From positions 54,250,001 through 54,314,000 of the forward strand of contig NC_043012.1 of NCBI RefSeq assembly GCF_006345805.1: a stretch of 64,000 bases of DNA, given 5' to 3'. The DNA comes from Octopus sinensis. Taxonomy: Eukaryota. This document shows positions 40,186 through 52,040 of this stretch, in pieces. The notes beneath the pieces are model-generated. The model was not told the DNA's origin. It ran no database searches and saw only the letters and a list, made by a program, of their open reading frames with translations. How positions within the stretch are numbered: the first letter of the stretch is position 1; each line of letters opens with the position of its first letter. Both the position numbers and the translations under genes were made by a program.

Positions 40186-41529
40186 TAGTTTTATTTTTAT
40201 AGCATGCTGTCACTTCACTACCGAGCGCAGCTCTGTGTGCCTTGGGTATGTGCTGTGATTTGTTGTGATGCTCTGATAGTTATTGTATGGAAAGTGTTCT
40301 GCGTAGGATGTGTGCAGTGCCTAATAGTGCAATTTTCTGTATGTTATATGTGTTTGTAAGTCCTGTTGTTTTTGTTATGTATTTGTCTGAATATTTTTTT
40401 ATCATGCCTAATGCACCTATTATGATAGGAATTGTTTCTGTTTTTAGATTCCACATTCTGGTTACCTCTATTTCCAGGTCTTTGTATTTTGAGAGTTTCT
40501 CCATTTCTTTTAGAGACACGTTGTCATCCGCTGGTATTGATACATCAATTAGGAAACATTTTTTTCTTCATGATCTCTGACAACTATATCTGGTCTGTTG
40601 GCCTTAATTTCTCTATCTGTGTGTATCGGAAAATCCCAGAGTATGGTTGCTTTCTCGTTTTCTGTGACCTTTTCTGGTGTGAGCCTATACCATCTTTTTT
40701 CTTTTGTTATTTCATAATGTTGGCATAGTTTCCAGTGTATATAGGTCCCAACTCTGTCGTGTCTGTGAATATATTCCTTCTTAGCCAGGACTGGGCAGCC
40801 AGAGATAATATGATTTATTGTTTCTTGTCCATCTCCACATATTCTGCAGTTACTTGTTATATTTCTTTTCATTACATGTTTTTGGTAATTTCTGGTGGGG
40901 AGGCTTTGGTCTTGTGCTGCAATTAAAAATCCTTCTGTCTCTGCTTTGAATCCTGAGCTTCTCAACCATTGATGGGATTTTTCTTTGTCTATTTCTTTTG
41001 CACTTAGTTTAGTCCAGTATTTACCATGAAGGGTCTTTTCTTGCCATCGGTTTATCATGGTTCGTTGCTGTTATATTTTTAGTTTGGATTTCATTTGTTT
41101 TATAGCTTTTGTTGTTTCTTCATCTTCTTCTTCTTCATATTTGTTAGGTGGTATGATTTCTTGTTTGTATTTGTCAGCTTCCTTAAATACTGAGAACTTT
41201 GGGTAGAGCACTAGCACTGCTGTAAAGCAAGCGTGTAGGATTGAAATGTATTTCTCACGTGTCCATTTATGCCTTTTTGGTTTTATTTGCGGGACATGAG
41301 GAACAGCGTCAGGCCCATTATTTTGACGGTCGTCATTTTCGTAGGGTACCGGTCCGTTCATTTCTGTTGTCACATTGTTTTGCACGTGTAGTTTTTCGTA
41401 CATTTTATGTTGTAAGTTTACAGTACGTACTTCCCGATTGTTATTCTGGGATTGAATAATACCGGTATTATTTAATTTATTCGTAGTAGTTTTTTGTACA
41501 TGGTGTTTGGGGCCGGAGATGATCTGGTG

Positions 41530-41530
<1 letters not shown>
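40183..41530 (-). mobile_element. R4/Dong-type internal-deletion derivative lacking RT, flanked by (ATT)n
   Basis: N-terminal KRHKWTREKY fused to FSVFKEADKY; WQEKTLHGKY; CRICG..ETINHIISGC; NRPDIVV; LLGTAHILRRTLSIQ*. Confidence 0.9.
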
Positions 41531-41579
<49 letters not shown>

Positions 41580-42769
41580 CATTATTACTATTACTGTTAT
41601 CACAAGACCACCAATTTTAAGGGTAGAGGTTTGGTCGATACTATTGATGAGTCTCAAATGAACGACTGACTAAATAAAGTACCAGTAAAGTACCGAAGTC
41701 AATGGTATCGACTAACCCCTCCCCTCAAAATTATCCTTTGCTGCTGTTGCTGCTGCTGCAATCATTCAGAGATGCAGAATATGTGAATGTAACTGTAAGA
41801 ATTCATTTACATCAGGAATATTATTTAAAACAGGGACTAATATTGGATATTTTCGACTGTTTGCTTCGTTCCAGGGTTAAACGATGAAATCGGACTTAAT
41901 TCTTTGTTTTTGTAATATTTCCATTTTTATTTTTCTGTCTAACTTCAACTCGAAGCCAATAACGGCGTCTGTTATACGGGAAGAAATTACATTAAACAAA
42001 AGCAAATTATTTGCCAAAAAAAACGTAAAAGTAATATTTATGAATACATAAACAAACGATCGTAAATAGGAAAATATTTTCAATGGAAAAAAATATATAG
42101 TATAACAAACAACACATATGACAGCAACAGCAGCAGCAGCAGCGGTAGCAGCAGTAGCAGCAATAGCAACAACAACAATACTAGTACACTTGCGCTTGTT
42201 TTGTCAAACGAAAGTGTGACAAACTTAGACAAAGCGCCCCCGATCGCAGATGTACTTTTGGACAAGAAAACCTTTGATATGAAACATTTTGCTAAAAGGA
42301 ATAAAATATGGCTGGCGCCCGTTCTGTGAACGAGATGGTCGCCATTCTATCATAGAGTTTAAGTAACGTATCGGGGTCTTGCTAATGCTACGAAGCCTTG
42401 AAGATTTGGAAACAGACTCGGAAGACACATTAAGTGAAATATCTTTTATTGAAAGTGGAGGTCGTGTGGTGCAATCTGCGTCATCTTTTAAACAAGGGAT
42501 GGGGTTTAAAGTGCCAGCCCAAATTATACAAAACGCAAACATGTATAAAGTAGTCTCGAAATATTTAGAAAGGGGAAATACAAGTGACACCATTAGGGAT
42601 GCCGGTGGAGACTTCGACCCCCCCCCTCCCTATGGCTGTGTCACTTTCGAGGAACAGTATGGACAGTTGGACAGAGAACTCGAAACACAAAGCGATATTA
42701 GGTCGAGTGAGAGTGCCATAGACATATACGTTGTCTCGATTCTCACAAGACCAAAGAACATCATAGGTG

Positions 42770-42894
42770 CCCACGAGCATATGGCGTGGTGGTTAAGAGC
42801 GCGGGCTACTAACCCCAAGATTCCGAGTTCGATTCCAGGCAGTGACCTGAATAATAATAATAATATAATAATAATAATAATAATAATAATAGTA
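42770..42894 (+). mobile_element. Short tRNA-derived SINE with (AAT)n tail
   Basis: A box TGGCGTGGTGGTTA, anticodon-like arm GGG-CTACTAA-CCC, B box GAGTTCGATTCC; 7-bp TSD ATAGGTG at 42763-42769 and 42895-42901. Confidence 0.8.
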
Positions 42895-43970
42895 ATAGGT
42901 GTTATGCCCTGCTCGTGGTACTGAGAGAATGTCCAGAGCAGAAAGCCCAGCTGCTCAGATGATTTAAAAGAGCATAATAACAACAGCTGTAATAAATCAT
43001 GCAGTACCACAGTATAAGGCTGTACTGGTCGCAATTATAGAGTTACCAACGAAATTGCCCTGTCGTCATTGCCCAGAGCTAAACAAGTGACCCAAAAACC
43101 TCTCGCAGTTTCCACCAGCCGAGACGGTGGAAGTCGAGCATGACTTAAACAACAACAAAAGTAACTAAACGACCAGGAAATAACTCATAGCAACAGAGAG
43201 GAGGTGGGGCAAGCGTAGGCTAAAAACAAGCAAAAATAAACCCAAAGAAAATCGAAAAGGGAATTAAAATGTAGGAAGAGGGGCATAGCTCACGTGAAGA
43301 AAAGACGCTCCTCGGCAAGGAATCCCTTTTTTTATGAAAAGAAACTTGCCTCTCGGGAGGAGGAGCACCCCCTCAGGTGACGTCTGTTCCATGTGAAAGT
43401 GAACTAATTTCAACTGAAGTGAAATCCTATCCGAATGAAACAAGTCTTCAGAGTCATTCCAATGCCCGACAAAAATACAGTAGAATCCTTAAACGAAATG
43501 CACGATGACAATCCAAACGAAATATTGACCGAAACAGGAGACAGGATCAAAGCACAGAGAACCTAAGAATAATACAATATTATAAAACCCTTCCTAGAGT
43601 GTTTACACCATTTTACATGTGAACTATTCAAAGTATGCGGACATTTGCTCACCCAATTCATCGGCATCGAACAATTCCAGTAGGAAATTGAAGAGGTATA
43701 TTAGGAGTGGCGAAACACAACCAATGCAACTGGACGTTTAAATTATAATCTATCTATCCATCTATCTATCTATCCATCTATCTATCTATCTATTTATCTG
43801 TCTGTCTGTCAGTCTATCAATCTATCTATCTCTATTTGTCTGTCTATCTACCTATAGCTATTTGTTTGTATATCAATCTATCTGTCTATATCTTTCGGCC
43901 TATCTATCTATGAGTGTGTGTTTATATATATATATATATATTATATATATATATATATAATATATATATA

Positions 43971-44120
43971 GGGAGAGTTTACGAAAAAAAACAAAAGACG
44001 AAGACAGGTGGTGTACAAAACAAACAGATGTATTAGTATAACGCTCAAGAATAGAAAAAGTCTTTTACGTTTCGAGCCTACGCTCTTCCACAGAAAGGGA
44101 CACAGAAAAAACAAGGAAAA
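43971..44120 (-). mobile_element. Penelope pseudo-LTR-like short repeat with a degenerate hammerhead motif
   Basis: Minus strand: CTTT-CTGTGGAA-GAG-CGTAGG-CTC-GAAAC-GTA-AAAG. Confidence 0.45.
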
Positions 44121-44130
44121 CATACATACA

Positions 44131-44161
<31 letters not shown>

Positions 44162-44509
44162 GCGTGTGTACGCGCGCGCATGCGTGCGTGCTAGTGTGTA
44201 CTGAATCAAAATTCATCTGAGATCCCCTGTGTCTCTCATTCCTTTGGGCTCGATAACATAAAGTATCGGTGAAGCATTAACATCGATGGTATCGACTAAA
44301 TCTCCTCCCCTTAAAACTGTTGGTCTTCTGCTTAAGAAAGAAACCAGGATTGCGAGTCATACTTTTTTTTTATTTATTTATTGTGTGTTACTGTGTTATT
44401 TATATAATTTTCAACTCACCCGGTTACGTATTGTATACCTCTTTTTCACCTTTCCCCTCGCCTTTGTATAACTTATTTCCCTCACCATACTTATTTGTGA
44501 CATTCCGGC

Positions 44510-45270
44510 ACTCATTCGTTACAACGACAAGGGTTCCAGTTTATCCGATCCACGGAATAGACTGCTTGTAAAATTAACGTGTATGTGGCTGAACACTCCA
44601 TAGACACGTGTACACTTAACGTAGTTCTCAGCGAAATTCAGCGTGATACAGAGTGTGACAAAGCCGACCCTTTGAAATACCATAAATCCTCGAGTATAGT
44701 CCGCCCTTGAGTATAATACGTAGGGGATTTTTAGGGGGTCGTACCTCTAAAAAACCTAAACCTTGTGTATAATACGCACCCCTTCTCTAACTTGAGTCGT
44801 GCATAATTAGGCCAGTAGCACCTAGTCGAAAACGTTTCCGCGCATGCGTAATACAATAATGGTGATGTTCTTAACTGTTATATGGGAATGTAAATACTGT
44901 TTTCAATTTGTTTTTGTTACATGTCATTCTGTGTTCTGAATAATTTAATAAATGTTGCTAACTGTAAGTTATAAATGATTTTTCATTGCTTTCAGGCTTA
45001 GCTTAATGTAATTTCGCGCCCGACATCACAAAATGCGTCTGAATAAACATTTCTGGACAGCAAATAGAAACTCGGATATTGCTTAGAAAATATTTTTCAT
45101 TTTTAACCTCGTATATTGTACGCACTAGGGATTTTGACCTTTAAATTTTTGGGGGGAAATGCGGATTATACTCGAAGATTTACGGTACTGGTACAACTCA
45201 TTTTTGCCAGCTGAGTGGACTGGAGTAACGTAAATAAAGTATCTTGCTCAAGGACAAAACGTGTCGTGAT
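44510..45270 (-). mobile_element. SINE sharing its 3' tail with the SINE C copy at 49263, split by a MITE
   Basis: 44510-44679 is the reverse complement of 49460-49640; body ..CTTGAGCAAGATACTTT.. lies on the other side of the MITE. Confidence 0.8.
44680..45185. mobile_element. Tc1/mariner-superfamily (pogo/Tc2-like) MITE
   Basis: 25-bp TIRs CC(A/G)TAAATC(C/T)TCGAGTATA(G/A)TCCGC; TA TSD at 44678-44679 and 45186-45187. Confidence 0.88.
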
Positions 45271-45576
45271 ATTCTAATTTGACGTATATTGCATGTTATT
45301 GTATTTCATGTCCGTCCTTGTAGGTGATAAAGCGAAGATTATTATTGTCAGAGAGCAACAAAGGGGTGTGCTGGCGGAATCACTAAAGCAGTGGTTCTTA
45401 ATCAGGGTCCGTGTAGCACCTGAGGGTCCACACAACAAAGGACGCCTGAAAAGAATTTGTTATAGATGTGGTGCCCCAGCATGACCGCAGCTTTAAAGCT
45501 GAAACAAGTTTAAAAGTATGTATTGGTATGTATTGCTAGAAACATTTCTGTTTCTTACTCTAATATTTTACATACG

Positions 45577-45988
45577 AGCTGGCAGAATCGTTAGCACGCC
45601 AGGCGAAATATTTAGCGGTATTTCGTCTGCCGCTACGTTCTGAGTTCAAAATCCGCCGAGGTCGACTTTGCCTTTCATCCTTTCGGAGTCGATAAATTAA
45701 GTACCAGTTACACACTGGGTTTGATGTAATCGACTTAATCCGTTTGTCTGTCCTTGTTTGTCCCCTCTTGTGTATAGCCCCTTGTGGGTAGTAAAGAAAT
45801 AGGTATTTCGTCTGTCGTTACGTTCTGAGTTCAAATTCCGCAGAGGTCGACTTTGCCTTTCATCCTTTCGGGGTCGATAAATTAAGTACCAGTCACGCAC
45901 TGGGGTTGATATAATCGATTTAATCCCATTGTCTGTCCTTGTTTGTCCCCTCTATGTTTAGCCCCCTGTGGGCAATAAAGAAATAAAC
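45577..45988 (+). mobile_element. SINE B tandem dimer
   Basis: Head plus two body units joined at AAAGAAATAGGTATTTCG. Confidence 0.9.
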
Positions 45989-46249
45989 ATTTTACATAGT
46001 TAATATGTGAAAAACAAAATAGGAAATTTTAAAGAAACCTCTAAAAGACTAGTAAACGTTGAATGGCTATGGGGATTCACCACAATAAAATCGTAATCAA
46101 AGGGGTTCGCAGGAAAAAAATGGTTGAGGACCCCTGCATTAAAGTGTTCGGATAAACGTCATACAGGATTTGCTTCAACTCTTTATGTTCAGCGTTCAAA
46201 TTCTAGCCAGGACGAACTTCACTTATTCCTTCCACCCATATATGAGACC

Positions 46250-46404
46250 CACTAGCGTAGAAAGACTGTGTGCCGCCCGGGGAGGCCCTTCCGCTTGCCG
46301 TCCCCAGACCCCACAAAAAACACATATTGCCTACAGCAGACCCAATAGTGACGCCCCTTTAAAAGTGCCACCTGGTGTTGCAAGTCCCTCCAGCTACGTT
46401 TGTA
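46250..46404 (+). mobile_element. hAT-like MITE, copy 1
   Basis: CACTAGCGTAG..CTACGTTTGTA termini; flanks ATGAGACC/ATGTGATC (6 of 8 match); homologous to 46810-46909. Confidence 0.55.
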
Positions 46405-46419
46405 ATGTGATCTAATGTA

Positions 46420-46965
46420 CGAGGTGGTGTCAAAAGGTTCCCGGACTATATAGGTTTGATAAAAAAATAACTATTTACCTAAGTTTTAACATCATCGCCT
46501 TCGAGATAGCAATCTTGCGCAACAATACACCGGTCCCAACGTTCCTTTCATTTTTGGAATCCGGGCCCGGAAGTCGTTTTCCGGAAGCGAATCGGCGACC
46601 TTCCGCGATTCGTTCTTGATCTCGACAACGCTGTTAAAACGACGACCTTTGAGGTGCATTTTCATCGTGGGGTAAGAGATGGAAGTTCGCAGGCAGCTAG
46701 GGGAGGAGGCAGTAGAGGCGGAGGCAGCAGGGGCGGAGGCAGCAGGGGCGGAGGCAGCAGGGGCGGAGGCAGCAGGGGTGGAGGCAGCAGGGGCGGTCCG
46801 CCCCAAGCGGTGCTTTTGGGTCTGCTGTAAGCGATATGTGTTTTTTGTGGAGTCCGGGAGTGGCAAACGGAAGACCCACCCCGGGCGGCACACACTCTAG
46901 CTACGCTATAGTCCGCAGATGCTGAATCTGGCGAATAGGGTGGGTGCGGATGCGACACCATGATG
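46420..46965 (-). mobile_element. Mariner 3' fragment interrupted by a hAT-like MITE
   Basis: TIR CGAGGTGGTGTCAAAAGGTTCCCGGAC; HPPYSPDSASAD, then MKMHLKGRRFNSVVEIK. Confidence 0.85.
46692..46909 (-). mobile_element. hAT-like MITE, copy 2, with six 15-bp GC-rich repeats
   Basis: TSD AGTTCGCA/AGTCCGCA (7 of 8 match); GGAGGCAGCAGGGGC x6 at 46705-46794. Confidence 0.7.
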
Positions 46966-47519
46966 TGTCACGGAATACTCAGCCACTTGCCCGTAAATTT
47001 CGTGAGTAAAAACTGAGTGGGTCGAGTAACTGAATACTCGTTGTCGGGACTGACGGCGAATCCATCACTAAATTATCCACCTTCCGTTTCGTTTTGTTTT
47101 AACACTGTAGCTCGTGATCTCATGGTGATTTGGCTGTTATTTCTAGCATACCGAGCAGCCGTTTTGAGTACCCCCTTTTTGTTGATTAACTCTATAGGCA
47201 AGTATCAATGAGCTAACCCATGATCAAAAAACATTCCAGCTGTGCCCATCTTGTCTTTTTGTAATCTATCACTAAACTTTTTTAAAACAAGTGGTTGTAG
47301 GTTTGAACGGTACTTAGTTGTTATTTTTAGCAAACCGAGCGATCAGGTGCACGTTCTTATTCGCTGTTGTTCGTTGTTGTTAATGATGGCAATGGTGGTA
47401 GTGGTGGTGGTGGTGGTGGTGATGTAGCAATGTTAGTGGGGTGCTTTGCTGCTGTTGTTGTTATATCTAGGAACACATATATCGATATTGATTTTTTATA
47501 TACACCTATAGAGCTCACA

Positions 47520-47857
47520 TTGTAATATATATATATATATATATTATATACTATACTACATATATATATATATACTATAGATATATATCTTATATATACA
47601 TACATATATATATATATACATATATATATGTAATATATATATATACATATATATTATATATATAAACATACACACCCACATATATATATATATATATATA
47701 TATATAGATATAATACATAACACCCACACATATATAATACATACAATATATATACTATATATATATACATATATATATATAATATATATACATACATATA
47801 TATATATATACAATATATATATATATATATACATATATACATAATATATACATATAC

Positions 47858-47888
<31 letters not shown>

Positions 47889-47899
47889 CATATATATAC

Positions 47900-47943
<44 letters not shown>

Positions 47944-47945
47944 TA
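47520..47945. repeat. (TA)n/(CATA)n microsatellite
   Basis: Directly visible. Confidence 0.9.
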
Positions 47946-48316
47946 TTTTTGTGAATACATACACATACACACACGCACACACATACGCTGTATGTTTATG
48001 TATATGCTTGTGTGTACGTGTATGTGTGTGGCTGTGGGTGTTTGTGCGTATGTGTGTGTCAATGACTGTATGTGTTGGTTAATGACCATGCGTGCTTGTG
48101 TGCGTGCGCGCGTGTGTGCGTGAGTGCGTGCGTGTGCGTGGTGTGCTAAGATTGATTTCTATGCACGAGAGCTCACATACGAGTATGTATATGTATTCCA
48201 GCGAACACACATACACACATACGCACATAGACTGTGTCATTCATCGTCTGTGTATGTGTGTGTTGGTAATAATTTAAATAGATGTGATTGTGTGTGATCG
48301 TGTGTTTGCGTGGCAT

Positions 48317-48744
48317 AGGCGTAGGAGTGGCTGTGTGGTAAGTAGCTTGCTAACCAACCACATGGTTCCGGGTTCAGTCCCACTGCGTGGCATCTTGGGT
48401 AAGTGTCTTCTGCTATAGCCCCGGGCCGACCAATGCCTTGTGATGGATTTGGTAGACGGAAACTGAAAGAAGCCTGTCGTATATGTATATATATATATAG
48501 TTATATATGTATGTGGTGTGTGTGTTTGTGTGTCTGTGTTTGTCCCCCTAGCATTGCTTGACACCGATGCTGGTGTGTTTACGGTCCCCGTCACTTAGCG
48601 GTTCGGCAAAAAGACCGATAGAATAAGTACTGGGCTTACAAAGATTAAGTCCCAGGGTCGATTTGCTCGACTAAAGACGGTGCTCCAGCATGGCCGCAGT
48701 CAGATGACTGAAACAAGTAAAAGAGTAAAGAAAAAGAGTAAAGA

Positions 48745-48746
<2 letters not shown>
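48317..48746 (+). mobile_element. Full-length SINE A
   Basis: Both modules and the tail are present. Confidence 0.92.
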
Positions 48747-48788
<42 letters not shown>

Positions 48789-48877
48789 TAATAAGGGTTA
48801 GAAATTGATATTAATCAATTAAAACCAGTGGCCCAGCATATTAAAAAATCCGAAGATTAAAATATTTTTACATACAA

Positions 48878-49031
48878 ATTTAAAGGACTGACCACTAAAA
48901 GTGGACGGTCAACATGCTAATACAGACGTCAAATCGCTATTTTCCACAAAGAATATTCTTTGTGGAAAATAGCGATTTGACGTCTGTATCTAGCATGTGA
49001 CCGTCCACTTTTAGTGGTCAGTCCTTTAAAT
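48878..49031. repeat. 154-bp near-perfect palindrome abutting the gap
   Basis: 77-bp arms centred on GAAT|ATTC (48954/48955), with two small indels. Confidence 0.9.
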
Positions 49032-49131
49032 NNNNNNNNNNNNNNNNNNNNNNNNNNNNNNNNNNNNNNNNNNNNNNNNNNNNNNNNNNNNNNNNNNNNN
49101 NNNNNNNNNNNNNNNNNNNNNNNNNNNNNNN
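49032..49131. other. Assembly gap (100 N)
   Basis: Run of N. Confidence 0.99.
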
Positions 49132-49262
49132 CTTTGCCCTAAATGCATGTTGTCTACCTAAGTATAGTTGTTTACTCTAAATGTAGTTGTTTAACCAAAC
49201 TGCATTTTTCATCCCAAATAAAGTTTTTATCCTCAAATAGTTTTCAAGCATAAATGCACTTT

Positions 49263-49642
49263 GTGGTGGCACAATGGCCCAGTGGTTAGGGCAGCGGACT
49301 CGCGGTCATAGGATCACGGTTTCGTTTCCCAGACCAGGTGTTGTAAGTGTTTATTGAGCGAAAACACTTAAAGCTCCACGAAGCTCCGGCAGGTGATAGT
49401 GGCGAACTCTGCTGTACTCTTTAACCACAACTTTCTCTCATTCTTTATTCTTGTTTCTGTTGTACCTGTATTTCAAAGGGCCAGCCTTGTCACACTGTGT
49501 GTCACGCTGAAACTCTCCGAGAACTACGTTAAGGGTACACGTGTCTGTGGAATTCTCAGCCACTTGCACGTTAATTTCACAAGCAGGCTGTTCCGTTGAT
49601 TGGATCAACTGGAACCCTCGTCGTCGTAACTGACGGAGTGCC
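49263..49642 (+). mobile_element. SINE C with the tail shared with the SINE at 44510
   Basis: Head TGGCCCAGTGGTTA; tail GTACCTGTATTTCAAAGGGCCAGCC..CGTCGTAACTGACGGAGTGCC. Confidence 0.88.
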
Positions 49643-50309
49643 GTAGATAAATGTACTTTACTATAAACATAGTTTTCGTGCAGATTTTGTATCATAAATA
49701 TAGGTATTCTTTAAATCCTTAACGCTGCCTTAGTTTACATGTGGTTCTTCTCTAATCCCATTGCCCTATATATACTCTTTAGCCCAAATACCAGTTTTTG
49801 ACCCTCAATTCAGCATATATTTTTTATACTCCAAATGCAGTTTTAACTCAATGTAGATTTGTTTGCGTTTGATTAAACCTAAATGCAATTAAGGAGAAAA
49901 TGAGGAATAAATTAAAGCACTTCAAAGTGAAGACGGAATCTTTTGCAACTTAATAGTACTTTTAAAAAAAGCATGTCATTTTGATTGTACCCAAGACGAG
50001 GGTTTCGGGTTGCAGGTACTAATGTCATAGGACGCTTACTTAGGGGAGGGACGAGGTATAATGTTACCTCAGGCATAATGTGAATCTTAAAACTTTGAGT
50101 TTCGAAAATAAATGTGTTCTTTACATAAGCACAAGCGAACGCATTTTGGGCGGGAGAAAGAATCTATAACATCAACTCAGTGATTGACAGCTGCTTTGGA
50201 TCCAACAAGGAAATAAAGAAAGTAAAGCCCCCCTCCCCCTCAGTGATTTCATTATCTCACTGTTATGATAATAATATTCTACATTAAGCACGAGGTCTGA
50301 AAATTTTGA

Positions 50310-50475
50310 GAGAAAGGGAAGTCGATAAGGTCGTAGCCAGGACTCAACTGGTACTAAATTAACGACCCCGAAAGGATGAAAGGTAAAGACGACCTCGGGG
50401 GAATTCGAACACAGACCGTAAAGAGCTGTAAGAAATGTCGCTAAGCATTTTGACCGGCGCGGCAACGAAACGATT
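50310..50475 (-). mobile_element. Diverged SINE B fragment
   Basis: GACCCCGAAAGGATGAAAGGTAAAGACGACCTCGG. Confidence 0.7.
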
Positions 50476-50557
50476 CCGATTATTTCCTCGCTTTAATTAT
50501 AATTGTTACGGGTTGGATAGGGGGGGCATTTCCGTAGCTGTTGAAATTAATAATAAT

Positions 50558-50636
<79 letters not shown>

Positions 50637-50660
50637 TAATAATGATAATAATAATAATAA

Positions 50661-50756
50661 TGTACCCTTATCAGACGGGTAGTCATGATGGGTATATTGG
50701 GCTTCGTATATTTTACCCCAGTGTCACTTTGATGGCATGCACTGCTCTCTCACTCA
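50661..50756 (+). mobile_element. Family D 3'-end copy within (AAT)n
   Basis: Reverse complement of 35610-35705. Confidence 0.85.
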
Positions 50757-50871
50757 ATAATAATAATAATAATGAATCAAGTATCAAATATTCAGTGAAT
50801 CGATAGCTGTCGTCAACTGACTTGTCTCAGTACTCCTCCAAATAACAAATGCATTAAAATTAATTTGTGCA

Positions 50872-51053
50872 TACTCTTTTACTTGTTTCAGTCATTTGAC
50901 TGCGGCCATGCTGGAGCACCGCCTTTAGTCGAGCAGATCGACCCCGGGACTTATTCTTTGTAAGCCTAGTACTTAATCTATCAGTCTTAAACACACCAGC
51001 ATCGGTTGTCAAGCAATACTACGGGGACAAACACGGACACACAAGCATATACA

Positions 51054-51128
<75 letters not shown>

Positions 51129-51298
51129 TATATATACGACGGGCTTCTTTCAGTTTCCGTCTACCAAATCCACTCACAAGGCTTTAGTCGGCCCGAGGCT
51201 ATAGTAGAACACACTTGCCCAAGATGCCAGACAGTGGGATTGAACCCAGAACCATGTGGTTGGTAAGCAAACTATTTACCACACAACCACTCCTACGC
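50872..51298 (-). mobile_element. SINE A
   Basis: Both modules present, small internal deletion. Confidence 0.9.
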
Positions 51299-51637
51299 AT
51301 GAATATATAATTATACACCCTAAATGTAGTTTTAAACCTAAATACATGTTTACTCTAAAATACGTGTGCGTGTATATATATGCGCGTGTGCATGGATCGT
51401 GTGTATGTATTTTCCATATGACCAACAGACGAGAGGACTTGTACACACTTGCTGTTTTACTCTGTCATTTTAACGAGTTTTTTTTTATTTATCACCCGAC
51501 AAGATATGACTGCACCACCGGATACTCCTGAACCAGTTGTTGAGTGTCCCCCAAGACGAATCGACGCTAGATGTGTCGAAACAATTGTTGTGATTTATAA
51601 TATATTCTCGTATATTCCATCTTCTGTCTTTTATTTG

Positions 51638-51672
<35 letters not shown>

Positions 51673-51676
<4 letters not shown>

Positions 51677-51950
51677 CGCAGTGAGTGTCTGTGTGGTAAG
51701 TAGCTTGCTTACCAACCACGTGGTTCCGGGTTCAGTTTCACTGCGTAGCACATTGGGCAAGTGTCTTCTACTGGAGTCTCGGGCCGACCAATACCTTGTG
51801 AGTGCATTTGGTAGACGGAAACTGAAAGAAGCCCGTCGTATATATGTATATATGTATATATATATATATATGTGTGAGTGTGTATTTTTGTGTCTATGTT
51901 TGTCCCCCCCTCCCCAACATCGCTAAACAACCGATGCTGGTGTGTTTACG
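51673..51950 (+). mobile_element. SINE A, 3'-truncated
   Basis: Head and part of the second module. Confidence 0.85.
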
Positions 51951-51976
51951 TGCGTGTGTGCAGGCGCACATGTGTG

Positions 51977-52040
<64 letters not shown>

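Noticed and set aside
46492-46961. Pro/Ala-rich ORFs (PPPLL, PAASA repeats)
   Set aside because: Chimeric read-through of a mariner and the 15-bp repeat in the inserted MITE.
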